Assembly (NCBI GenBank): GCA_051047955.1
Contig: JBPGPT010000005.1
Coordinates: 310,001 to 374,000, forward strand
Length of the DNA stretch: 64,000 nucleotides
Direction: 5' to 3'
From: Cystobasidiomycetes sp. EMM_F5
Lineage: Eukaryota
Of this stretch, positions 50,847 through 62,900 are shown one piece after another. The notes beneath the pieces were generated by a model. That model ran no database searches and was not told where the DNA came from. It worked only from the letters and a program-made list of their open reading frames with translations. Position 1 is the stretch's first letter. Every line of letters begins with the position of its first letter. Position numbers and translations under genes: made by a program.

Positions 50847-52666
50847 ATGTCTGCTGAAGGATGGGGACAGAGCAACGACGGGGGTGCGGGTGCGGGGAGT
50901 GTGTTGCTGTCTGACAAGCGTTCTCGAGGGCTGAGGTTAGGGCCTCGCGTTACCACCGGACACCCTGTTGGCCGTCTCGCTCTTCTCTTGATGTCTCGCG
51001 CCGTATCTTCGATGCCTTCGTCGTCGTCCACTCCTCGCATCTCGCGTCCCCATTCCGTCGCTTCTCCCTCTCGACCTACCCATCTCTCCGCCCTCCCTAA
51101 AACCATAACCCGATCATACGCACGCTCAGGTTACGGTGGTGCAGATACCACCTCGTGGGGTGTAAGTAGCGAGGTTGATACGTCGGCATGGTTGTCTTAC
51201 TGACTGCGTTGATGCTTAGAACTCCGGCGGAAACAGCGGCTACGGCCAGCGATCGACCGCCTGCTTCAACTGCGGACAAGGTTAGTCTCAGAATCCAATC
51301 AATTATTACGCATACTGATTATTGCCCTTGTACAGAGGTGATTGTTATTCCATTCCAGACTGTGTTTGCTCTCCTGGGTGCCCTCTCCTTCCACATACAA
51401 AGCTCGTTTGGCAGCTGTCCTAGTAAAGCTAGCATACAATGTGCCAGCAGAGTCTTGTTTTCCATCCCATCATCCTCTCCTCCTCACGTGTGTCGTAGCG
51501 TACAGAGTCGTCTTCGGAAGGTGGTCGGAAGAGTGCTTTCGAAGCCGTTTGGCGTGATTGACGAAGAGCAGCAAAGTGAAGTGCAGTCGAAGATGCAGAA
51601 GAGGGTCGAGTCGAGTCCTACGATGTTTCGTCGAGATTCGAGGAGTCACGGTTTGCAATGCATTCATTTCCGTTTCGAACTGCTTGATTGCCCCTTTGGC
51701 TGTTTTCATTCGACATCCTAAGTCTTTCCAATCGTGAGCAGGTGTGCGGGAACAAGTAGTCGGAGCTAGACACGAGCGAGGTTGGCGTGATGCAGAGGAG
51801 TCGAGCTGGGGCGAGGTCGGAGGTCCACTTGTGTGATTTTTGACTAACTGTGCATCTGTCCAACTCTCCTGATTGGTATTCTGCATACTCCCGCACTCCC
51901 GCATCTGACCGCGCACCACATCACTACATCGACCCTGCTTTTAACGCATTGTACTGATTTACTTGACCCATTACCTCTGCCATTCCGTCTCGCGCTCGCA
52001 TCAGGGTCACCGATCCAGCGGTAAGTTGCAATATGATCTGGCCGACTTGGTCATCGTCTCTGACAGATTGTGTCGTAGACTGCACCGAGCCCCGCAAGCC
52101 CCGTGCCTGCTACAAGTGCGGCCAAGAGGGTCACATGTCTCGAGACTGCCCAGATGCTGGCAACAGCGCCGGAGGTGGTGGCTACAGCAGCCGACCCGAC
52201 ACTCGGTCGTGCTACAACTGTGGACAGAGCGGACACTTGTCGCGCGACTGCCCAACCAAGTCTGACCGCGGATACGGCGGATCGAGCGGAGGAGGAGGCG
52301 TGAGTTGCTACTTTGCATGTTGATCGATAGCAGTGCTCAATCTCTGTGTTCTTCTCTTGTAGAACTGCTACAACTGTGGACAGCCCGGCCATCTGAGCCG
52401 TGACTGCACTGAACCCCGCTCCGACAGCCGCGGAGGCGGAGGAGGAGGCTATGGCCAACGAAGCTCGGGCGGACGCTCGTGCTACAACTGCGGCGGTGAC
52501 GGCCACATTTCGCGTGACTGCCCCGAGCCACGACAGGGTGGAGGTGGAGGAAGTGGCTACGGTCAGCGAAGCGGCGGTGGAGACCGTGCATGCTACAACT
52601 GTGGCCAGACTGGACATTTGTCCCGTGACTGCACCAACCCGGCCCAGTCTTCCGGTGGCTACTAGA
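50847..52666 (+). CDS. CNBP/Gis2/Byr3-like multi-CCHC zinc-knuckle RNA-binding protein
   Basis: Six CX2CX4HX4C knuckles ([42 protein letters not shown] and others) with RGG/GY linkers; requires the 2-nt exon 51336-51337. Confidence 0.9.
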
Positions 52667-53221
52667 TGAAGAGGTGAAGGAGGGATGATGTGATGGATTT
52701 TCGCAACACGGGCCGCTCGTCTCGTTCCTTCGATATCGTCACCGTCAAATACTCTGCAAATCCTCCTGCTTTCCTGCTGTCTGCCGCACTCTGCTCGAAT
52801 CTCAATCCGAATAGCGGTACGGCAAAACCCATTCAAGTCTGCAAACACTCTCAAACACACAAAAACACCGCTACAAAGGGAAGTGAACTGAACCGGAAAG
52901 GATCTGCTGGATGCTCTGTCAATTAGCTGTTCTCTCTTTACACTTTACTCTCCCGATGTATCTCCCTACTCTGCAAAGCCTGCCGCTAGTCAATGTCAAA
53001 TGTGATTTTCTCTTTCTCTGCTTTGTCTGTGACCACTTGCCCTTGACATTGCACTTTGGGCAGTTTTCGCGAGCCTTTCCCCTTCCTCCCTCGGGTCTTT
53101 GCGTTTTTCGATCTTTTCCGGAGGGTTTTGGCGTGGCGAGGAAGTCTTTTGCTGAGCCGGAGAGAGGGGAGAGGCTCAAGGGAGGGGGTGTTGGCAGGAC
53201 GGACACTCGCATACCTCGACA

Positions 53222-53855
53222 ATGTGAGTATGCACGGCACTACTATGCAATGCACAGCGATGCCCCCGACAAGCTATGCATGACTCAATGACAATCCGAC
53301 TGACTGCAATCTCGTGTGGGCAGGCCTGTTCAGCCGACAAAGACAAAGGCCCAGAAGGCAGCAGCAGCTGCGTCCTCGTCCAGGGGAAAGAAGAAGAAGT
53401 GAGTAGCGGTAGATGTGCCAGGCGGGATTTGCGAGCAATCAAGGCTGACGATGCGCGATCCGTAGGTGGTCCAAGGGCAAGGTAAAGGATCAGGTAAGGA
53501 TATGCTCGAACACAGCGGCAGCATGGTGTGAGGTAGTGTATAGCGACTAATGTATCATCAACAATCAGGCCAAGCACGCCGTCACCCTCGACAAGCCTAC
53601 CTTTGACCGCATCTACAAGGAAGTCCCAACCTTCAAGCTCATCTCCGTCGCAATTATCATTGACCGAATGAAGGTCGGAGGCGCGCTAGCGAGGAAAGCA
53701 ATCTACACGCTGGAGAAGGAAGGGTGAGGCGGACTCTGCTGTGAAGTGTACTAGTGTCATCAGTCCACTGACGCATCTCCCCTCACAGACTCATCAAGAG
53801 GGTAGTACACGCTCGTGATCAGCTCATCTACACTCGTGCGACAGCGGCAGAATAG
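53222..53855 (+). CDS. RPS25: 40S ribosomal protein eS25
   Basis: KKKKWSKGKVKD, KEVPTFKLIS, DRMKVGGALARKA and QLIYTRAT; ATG split by the first intron. Confidence 0.96.
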
Positions 53856-54389
53856 TTTTGTTTGTCTCAGTGCATTCGTGGGATATGCTGTAACTCTTCT
53901 TTCGCAATATTTTGGCTTTCCATCCTTGGGTTTGGATTTCCTATCTGGCAGGAATAAGCGCATTGAGGTACTAAAGCCGACCAGATTTTTATTTCAACCA
54001 CAACGACACTGCCGCTACGAGACGAACATTATATGACGATACTGATTAAGCTCTGTGTCATTCTTGCGTTTCCCGCCGACTAAGCTGTACAGGATTATAC
54101 AGCGCAGTTGATTATTGTGTCTCAATACTTCACTGACTGCGGGTGTGGCGCCGGCAAGCGTCTCTTGATAAGAAGGCGTCCTTTACATTATACGGTTCAG
54201 GCAACGACTTGGCAGGTCTGTTCCTGAGTGATCTCCGCTAGCACGGACGGGTCTTGAGCCAATCATGCCAGAAAGTTTGCACTCTCAATTGCGCGTCATG
54301 AAAGCTGTCGATACGTGTTGATGCCCCCGAGTGGGACCTAGTAATGAATTTGTGGCTTCCCGCCCTGGTATTAGCAATGTTGGCGGCAA

Positions 54390-55967
54390 TCACGCCCATT
54401 CTGCTTGTAAGGCTGCTGCAAGTTTTTTTGCTCGACCCTTGACTTGTCCGGGCGCGCCCATGACCGTAAGTCGTATCTGGCCAGCTTCAGTCTCTAGACT
54501 TTTGGCCAGCGTTGAGGATGCCGGGTGGGTTTCGTATCTGCCGAATGCCCAATTCAGGACGTAGAATGGAGCTTCTGTTCCCGAGTCTGATAGGCGTACA
54601 AAGCCTTTCACGCGCCAGACCTCTTCAGACGGGAGTTTGGAAAGCGCCTCTTCGAGTTCTTGACGCGTTAAAGGTTCAGGTCGCTGTTCTGCAGCTTGGG
54701 ATTCGAGCATAGCACTGCTTTGTGTCTGACTGTGTTTGTGATGCGCAGCGTCTTCTGTATGCGAATGGCCGGGTTTTGATCCACCACGCCATACACTGCA
54801 CGTCTGCACCTCCCCTCCTTGTGTACTCGCATGCTGTCCAGCCTGACCGAGCAAACCGATCTCCAATCTATCCAACTTTTCACTTTGCACAGCATCAAAC
54901 ACTCGACTCTGCGAGCCGGGGGCAGAGAGCAGTCCAAAGATGAGATCGGGCGCGGGTGGGCCGTCTCGTGAGATTTTGAGTTTCGGCGTCTCGGTGTTGA
55001 GCTCGTATAGCGCGTCTAGCACTTTGTCGAGCTGTCGTTCGTCAACCAACTCGTGCTTGTTCTGTGGGAGAGTATCTCAGCAGATGTGGGGATAGTACAG
55101 GCCTATAGCCTTACTAGAAGAAGGAGATCGGTATATTTGGCTTGCATCTTGGCACTGCGGTGTTCATGTTAGAATAAAAGGAAAGAGGCTAGTCGAGACT
55201 ACGCACGTTGGACTTGTATCCTCATACCCGGTAAAGTTGATACAATCAATAACGGCTGTCATTGTTAATTAAGCGTCATGTACATTGAAAGCGCGCGGAA
55301 TTATATAAGATGAACGCACTGACGACAGCATCAAGCTTCAGACCCTCGTCATCTAATTGTCTGACTTGCCAAGCCAGAGTTGCTGGAAATGCGGAGCCTG
55401 ATGATTCAATTATGATGCGGTCTGGCGCATATTTTTCTAAATCGGCAGAAATGTTCGCGTGTCAGCGCAGAAATGACAGGCTAGGTCATGCCAACCTTGT
55501 ATCTCTAGTAAAGCAGTCCTCATTTGACCGACCAAGACACAGCACATACACCCGTCTAGCGATTAGAAGGGGTTAGCAGTAAACCCCCTCGCCCTCGGCG
55601 CAGTAGCAGCACTTGCTCAAAATTTCCGAGACGGCTTCCACAGAACTCTCCTTTGCAAGCTGGCTGTCGACTTCGACATCGCCAAATTCATTCTTTAGCA
55701 GCACCACCCTGTAATCTTTGGGCAGTTGTTTTAGAAGAGCGAGGATGATCTGGAAGGAAATAGAGCATCAGTTGGTTAGGAATATATTGGCTCGACGGCA
55801 GCCTGCAACTTGCAGTTGTCTTTCCTGCGCCCAGGCTGTATGATATAGTCAGTCCAAATCGCACCTCATGACCGCATCAAAAGGTCCGCCCAAACTCACA
55901 ACCCCGTAAAGACCGACACTGGGATTTCTTTTCCTTTAGCCTTTACATCAGCGACATCGTCAGCCAT
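54390..55967 (-). CDS. CobW/COG0523 (ZNG1-like) P-loop GTPase metallochaperone
   Basis: TGFLGAGKTT, KNEFGD, NGCMCC (CxCC), IIIESSGSA and C-terminal WRVKGF. Confidence 0.92.
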
Positions 55968-56146
55968 TTCTGCGTTAGTATTCAGCCTCGTTAGGAAAAC
56001 CTATTAGTCTGGTTGAAGCCTTTGACAACGTCGCAGTCCAATCGACCTTTGGATATCGCAGTCCCGACTTGACGTGGAGACGGCTTTAAGTAGCAGCATC
56101 TCAGCACATCAGACCCTGGGCTACGCTGTAATTGATTGTCAACACT

Positions 56147-58053
56147 ATGGCCAGCTCTCGCAAGCTCGATATCGCCGGCGACAAGCTGAGAGCACGTCAG
56201 ATAGGCTGGGAGGTGAGTGCTGGCTGGGACATTCAATGAAGAACCACGCAAGCTGATATGAGCAATGCAATCAACTTGCAGGGCTACTCTAGAGCTGGTG
56301 ACCTATCGCAGGACCAGCTACAATCTGTGCTCCGGCTCGCGAAACAGCCAAAGCAGTCTACGGATCAGATACTGAGCCAGGTGCGGCTACTTTCAATGTA
56401 TTAGGTGCGGGGTACGTCTGATGAAGGTGTGCACAGAGTCCTTCAGCCTACGCCGCTCTCTTCGTCAAGCTGCTTGCGTCCATCAACCGAACTGATGCAC
56501 AACAATGGGCACTCGTCATGCTGGGCGACCTCGTCTTGGGTGAGCAGCGCACGGAGCTGTTGAGACTGTTACATCAGAACTGAATCTTTCGTCGTTCTGA
56601 AGGACACGACGATCATTCGGTAGTCCTTGAGGCTCAGCCTTGGGATGCATTGTGCCGGTATGCAGACCCGCTCGTTGGGTGCACGTAGAGGCAAACACTG
56701 AACCTCGCCTACCTTACGAAGACAACTGGATAGCTCGGATGAGTTCTGCCAACTGAAGGCAGCTGTTATCGTCTCACTATTACTACCGTGAGAGCCTTAG
56801 CAATATCATTCGAGACTACAACTGATGGTTGCCCTTGCCTAGCGTCGACTCCAGCGCTCCATCCAAAGCTGCGAACAAGTTGACACGTGTACTCGGTTCC
56901 TTCTTGCGTAAGCCTAATCTCTTTTTGTACAATCTTGTTGATGTCGAACCATGCACTTTTACCAGGACAATCCGCCGACAACCAAGACATTGCCTTGCAA
57001 TGCTTAGGAGAAGTACTTCGGTCGCATACCATACGGCTGGCGGTATGGAATAGTGAAGCGAGTGATAAAGGGAAAGGACAGGCTCAAGCCGGTGATGGCA
57101 AGATCATCGAGGGCCTGACAAACATGCTCAAAAGTATTATCAATGCCAATACGCCCGTATCGCCTCAAGTGCAGTACCAGATCGTGTTTTGCTTCTGGCT
57201 CTTCAGCTTCGAGCAGGTAGTGTGTGATGGAATAGAGGGGTGAGAGTCTACTTCTTGTCTGCAAGCACGTCTGGACAGCTAAATATCTTGTCTGGATTAT
57301 ATAGTAAATTTGGAGTTATTGCGCTGCTTTCCGATGTTGCGCGGCGTGCTGTCAAAGAAAAAGTAGTCAGAGTCATTCTTTCCCTCTTCAGAGTAAGGCA
57401 AAACATGCGCGCCTCCCATAGATCACATCTGATATTTGATACATCTTAGAACCTCTTAACTCTGTCACCTAACGCCAACAAATCCTCCCTCCTAATGCCT
57501 TCGAGTGGCATCCTTCAGTTCACACAGAGCTTGATGACGAGCAAACGATTCTTTGGAGATGATGAAATTCGGGACGATACCGAGTGGCTCCGGGATTTCC
57601 TGAAAGCTGCCAGCCGGGAATTGACGTTTGTCCTGTCCTTGTATACCCTATTTCATACTTTACCTGACTGGTCTTATTTATTGCAGGACGTGGGATCAAT
57701 ATGTTGCGGAAGTCAACTCGAAGCACCTTGCGTGGTCGCCAGTACACACGGATGACGAGTTCTGGTCTTCCAACGCCAGCAAGCTCTCCTTATCAGCTGG
57801 TTCCAACCAAGGCGTTCTCAACAAGCTTGTCGCGCTTCTCGACCAGGAGGAAGGGCGTCCTCCATCCACCTACGCTATCGTCTGTTCCGATCTCGTCATG
57901 TTTATCAAGTATCACGAGCTTGGCAAACGTGACGTACAAAAGCTGGGAGCAAAGCCGAAAGTACTGCAATTGCTCAGCCACTCAGATCCGGACGTCCGGT
58001 ACAGGGCGTTGGTTGTTGTTCAGCTCCTGGTCAGCCAAAGCTGGGCAGCCTGA
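56147..58053 (+). CDS. VMA13: V-type ATPase V1 subunit H
   Basis: RARQIGWE, QVQYQIVFCFWLFSF, AVKEKVVRV, HLAWSPVHTDDEFWSSNA and DPDVRYRAL. Confidence 0.93.
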
Positions 58054-58362
58054 GTATATAGAAGAAGTCAAGAAGCATATCTGTACTACTATCTCCAACT
58101 CATACTTGTACACACTGATCCTACCGGCAATCGCAGAACGAATACGGATGGCCGTCAACGCGCTTTCGATTCCGCTTAGTCATATGCCTGATATTCATGT
58201 ACTCACGGAAAATGATGAAGTGAAAGAACTGACGTGAGACTCTGTTGGCATCGTCGATGTTCATCATGCAGCTAACAGCCCCATGTGATTTGGTGGGAGG
58301 CAGGATGCGGAGAGCTATCATGCGAGGTGGCGCGCTAGATAGATGCTGACTGGGTGGAAAGG

Positions 58363-58369
58363 TATAAAA
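58363..58369 (+). promoter_or_regulatory. TATA box of the secreted coiled-coil gene
   Basis: TATAAAA followed by a pyrimidine-rich tract, about 190 nt upstream of the ATG at 58557. Confidence 0.55.
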
Positions 58370-58556
58370 GCAGCTGATTGCTTCCCTACCTCTCCTCTGC
58401 TCTTTCCTCATCATCAAGCACCGATACTACAAGTCTCCACGCTCACTTCAGCCCACATTCTCATCAGAGACCCACATTCGCTCATATCGAACACGCAACC
58501 CAAAGCACAACGACAAGTCGCTTCTTCCTTTACCATCACCCACACCGAACGGAAAC

Positions 58557-59542
58557 ATGCGTACTTCCATCCTTGTAGCATCATCCGTTATCGCAAGTGC
58601 TTATGCCCGCCCCTTCGCTGGCCTCTGGTCGTCCGGAGATGCGCCTGAAAATAACAACTTGGTGGGTCCGACACTCTTTTCACATGTGATCCCGTCGTTG
58701 GTATGCTAATACTCTGCTTGCACTAGCCTGTCGTAAAGGTAGATTCCACCACTCACGCCAATGTCCTTCCGGCAACAGCGGATGCCAAAGTCTGCGCCAA
58801 AGTGGATCTCAACCTTCCAAATGCCGACGTCGACTGCCACGACGGCGACCAGCCAACCGCAGCCTTGCAGGTTCCTGATAACGACTCGGAATCACAGCAT
58901 GACAAGGACGAAATCAAGAAGCTTCAGCAGCAACTGGATGATACCCGGGCGCAAATTGATGACCTTACAAAGAAGCTCCAAGACACTCAAAATGACGAAA
59001 ACACTTTGGCGGACCTGCGCATCAAGCTTCTGGCCGCCCTAAATCTCGATGCAGACTTGACCAAGCAGCTACAAGCCGACAAGGACAGCTTAGCTAGCGT
59101 GGACGATTTGCATCACAAGCTCGACTGGTCCACTAGTCAGATCGATGACCTGAAGAAGCAGCTAGAGTCGGCTAAAGCGGACTCCGCCACACTAGTTAAT
59201 GTCAAGGCAGAATTGCAAGCCGCACTGGCCGATAAGGACGACCTCTCGAAGAAGCTTGCCGCTGCTCTTTCCCACTCTGACGATCTCGCCAAGCAGCTAG
59301 ATGCGAGAACTCACGAGTGCGACCGGGAGAATCTCCGGGCCACCGTTTCTGCTCCAGTCAAGGCTGTCGAAAATAACGAAAAGCAGACTGCCCAAACCTC
59401 GTCGGAAGATGTTCACCAAGATGTCAAGCAGAACACGCAGCAAGGCAAGCAACTGGGCCAAGACATCGCGAATGGCGCATCCAATACCGTTTCTAACGCA
59501 AAGGAGATCCACCTCAACGCTGATGCCGACCATTCAAATTAA
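58557..59542 (+). CDS. Secreted coiled-coil orphan protein
   Basis: Signal peptide MRTSILVASSVIASAYA|RP, one intron, heptad DDL/KKL repeats. Confidence 0.75.
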
Positions 59543-59930
59543 TGATGGAGACTTCGAAAGATGACGCAGTAATACTGGAGAACCATGGACGCTGTGAATG
59601 GACGCTGTAAATGGACAGTGTAGGTCTAGGGTGTACGATAGCCGGTACTCTAATATAATCATATTGAACCAGACAAGACCTCGGACTATCCCTATAATGT
59701 AACGTAATGTAAAGTATAATGCTTTTATGGCACATGTGGTGACGAGATTGAAGACTATCTGAGCATTGAGCATATTCAAGACTTGCATTTAGCGGGAAAA
59801 GCATCTATTCTGTACATTCCGTTTATTTGTACAAGACAATGCATGGGTCTCATCATACACGAATTGATTGCTGTGGTTGACTGAGCGTCTATGGAAGGTA
59901 CTGAGTAAAACACAAATCAGGAGGAAGACA

Positions 59931-62900
59931 TCATATCCTTTGATAGAATAGTAGGTATGCGCTTTTGTCTGGAATGCCTTGTAGCCTGCTCGCGGAAGGC
60001 AACGACAGCCTCAACTTCTCGCGATCGAGGTCGACAGTCGCATCTTCAGCAGTCATAGGAGTGATGAGGGTATCGTCGATGCCCAGCCACCTCCCATTGT
60101 TTTGACGAACAGCAACTGTATAGTGTCCGCCCGACGCAGACTTGCCGTGATGATACACGACACCGGTTAGGCGATACCGTGTTCTCGTCATAGTCGCCCG
60201 CCGTACTGGCGAAAGGCATTCGCGTGGAATCTCCAGCTCAGTGTCGTAAGCGATTGCTTTATGAGATTTGAGAACTCCGCCAGCGCGCGCATCATACACG
60301 AATCGCTTTAGATGTAGAATTAGGACCGGAGGCAGTGTTTCAATGTATACTTGCTTGATGGCGTCCATCTTGACGTTATCTCGATTGGTGACGTCTGACA
60401 GGCTTTCAGGTTGCGAAATATACGCTAGTGCGTCCGCTACGCTCGTAATCTGACCAGCCTGAGGAGGTTGCTATATGTCAGTTTGTACGCTACCCACTGA
60501 CGCAACGTAATCTTACCTGTATCTCAAGCTGCAAGCTGATATATGGCTCCAACGTCACGCTGTCTTTCTGCCCGGAACGGCGCAGAACGCTTCTCAGCTG
60601 TCCGCCGAATATTTTTGTGATGGCTGACTCGCTCGACTGTGTTGTGCGCGTGGTTGCTGTTCTGCCTTTGCTACCTACTTCAAGCCAGTCCTCCGCATCG
60701 GCTTCTGCAGGATGCGCTGATGGAGTATGCGTACTACTACTCGGTTGGGACTGTATTGATGCGGCGTAGTCGGCTGCGCCATTCACACTTTGCCGATTCA
60801 AGATATCTATTCCCTGCTTGAATCCCTTTGATGCCTTTTCCCAATTTGATCGGTCGTGCTGTTCAGTCTTGATGAGGAGCTCTTCATGAAGGGTGTCCAA
60901 AAAGAAGCCCAAAAATTCCTGCGCATCCTCTTGCGACAGGTAATTGTTTGTCGGCGTACTACTGCCGCCAATTGCGCTGCCTCTGCTCGCGGATCTGGAA
61001 TGTGATCCGCCAGCGGGATAGCCGTTCGTACTCGAAGTTTGTGAGCCTGAAGTCGTCCCAAGAATACTTGAATTCTTATGGCTTGATGTAGATGGGTTGT
61101 AGAATCCCATCTGCGCGAATCTTGCGTTACGATTCAGAGCGTGGTAGATGACATTGGGAATGAATGCTCCATCACCGTCGCGTGGGACCTGCTCCTCGTA
61201 CGTCTCTCCGGCTTTGATGTGGTTCTCCTTTTCCGCTACACCGTTTGACGACTGGCTAGTCTTGAATTCTTGGAGGTAGCCTACCATAGCATCCAGTAAT
61301 GGAGTCTTACCGCCAAGATCTTCGGAAGTGTGCAGACCGATGAGGGAGATGAGGTTGTAGAAGGGTGCCGTAAAGAGGAGTACTTGCAGAATAGAGTTCA
61401 TGAAGCATGCGTTCCCGGTGTTGACCAGTCCACGTGGGTAGAGAACGACGCCAGATGATGAAGATTCGACACCATACAAGATCTCGCCGAGAGTACGCTT
61501 CTTTGCGATAATACTGCTGAACAGCATTGAGCCATTTGAGGCATTCGATACGACTGACCCAGCCTTCGAGGGCGACCGTTCATGCTTATGTGATGCATCA
61601 ACCACGCCATTGCTGCTGCTCTCTGCAACAGGTGGCAACTCCTTGTGTTCGGGCGGAGGCGGACTGACATGTCTTGGGGTCTTGTCATTACCTTGTGCGG
61701 TATGTTCTGCACTCCCGCTTCTGACCTTTGTCAGATCACCCCGATGCGGCACTGTCTGACCGCTGCCATGAAGAGAATGTTCCGCTTCAGTAGGACTGTC
61801 AGCCGGAAGAGCAATAGACACTCGTTTCTTCTTTGCCGCCTCTTGCTCAATCACTTCGGGCGACAAGCCAACATTACGCACTGCCTGTCCAGCAATCACA
61901 AAATTATTGATGGGCCGCACGAGATCCGCCCAACTCCGTCCTGTATTCTTTAGCGCGCTCTTGGGCGGCGATTTCGCTGCCGAAGAAGGCGTAGAGGAAG
62001 GCCCTACATTCGGCGGAGTTGAAGGCCGCATTACGCCAGCTGCTGCTGTATCCTGCTGTTCCTGCTGCGTCGGTGGGTGAGATCGAGCTTTCTCAGGATG
62101 GTCACGATGAAACTGTTCGAGAGCTTGCGGGTCCAACGGAGTGACGAGATAGTCTCGCTGAGTGACAGCGGGAGCATTCACGGTAAGAGGGGCAGTCGGT
62201 ACAAACATATGACCCGTCTGGACAGCTGGACCCGACACGATGCTCATTTTCGTATTGCCGTACGAAGGTGCTGCATTACGAGCTGTATTTCCCGCCGTCG
62301 AAGCCGCAGTGGCTTCAGCTTCACTCGGTAGTCGTAAGCCTGTAGAGACTGGAGACGGAGTGAATTGCTTTGCGCCAGTCTTTGATGTAGATTTCGCTTC
62401 TCCGGTAGTTGTGCTGGATGTCGCAGCAGCCGTTGTCGAGAGGCGATCCTCTCCGGCAGATTTGGTGACGGAGGGCTGTCTGGTCTTTTTGGTTCGCTGT
62501 CTCATACCCTGACCTGGTCCGTACGGAATATCCGGAACTTGAGCTACGGCAGGCGGTCTCAGAGCTGCTCGAAACGTGACTCCTGGTGCTTGCAGTGGAT
62601 TCTCTGGTGCCTTCATCGATATGGGTACAGGCGACATACTCCTCGCTGGCGGAAGCTGTGCATTATCTCCTGTCAATGCGGTTGTTGGATTGTTGAGCGT
62701 CACGCCGGGCGGAAGGGGAGGAGCGGGCACCAAAGACTGAACAGGTCCATCTCCCACGACTTTATCACGTGGTGCTGTCGGTAATGATTTTTCGAGAATG
62801 TTGACCTCGGAGGGGAGTGCGAACGCTGGTACGCCATACTCTTTCGAATGCTGGACTGTTTGAGGTTGCTTGGCAGTCCGTGTGGGAGACATGGGTGGAT

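Noticed and set aside
52100..52640. Repeated TGCTACAACTG units resembling a direct-repeat array or retroelement gag
   Set aside because: They encode CCHC knuckles of a spliced CNBP-like gene; there are no cas genes, reverse transcriptase, integrase or LTRs.
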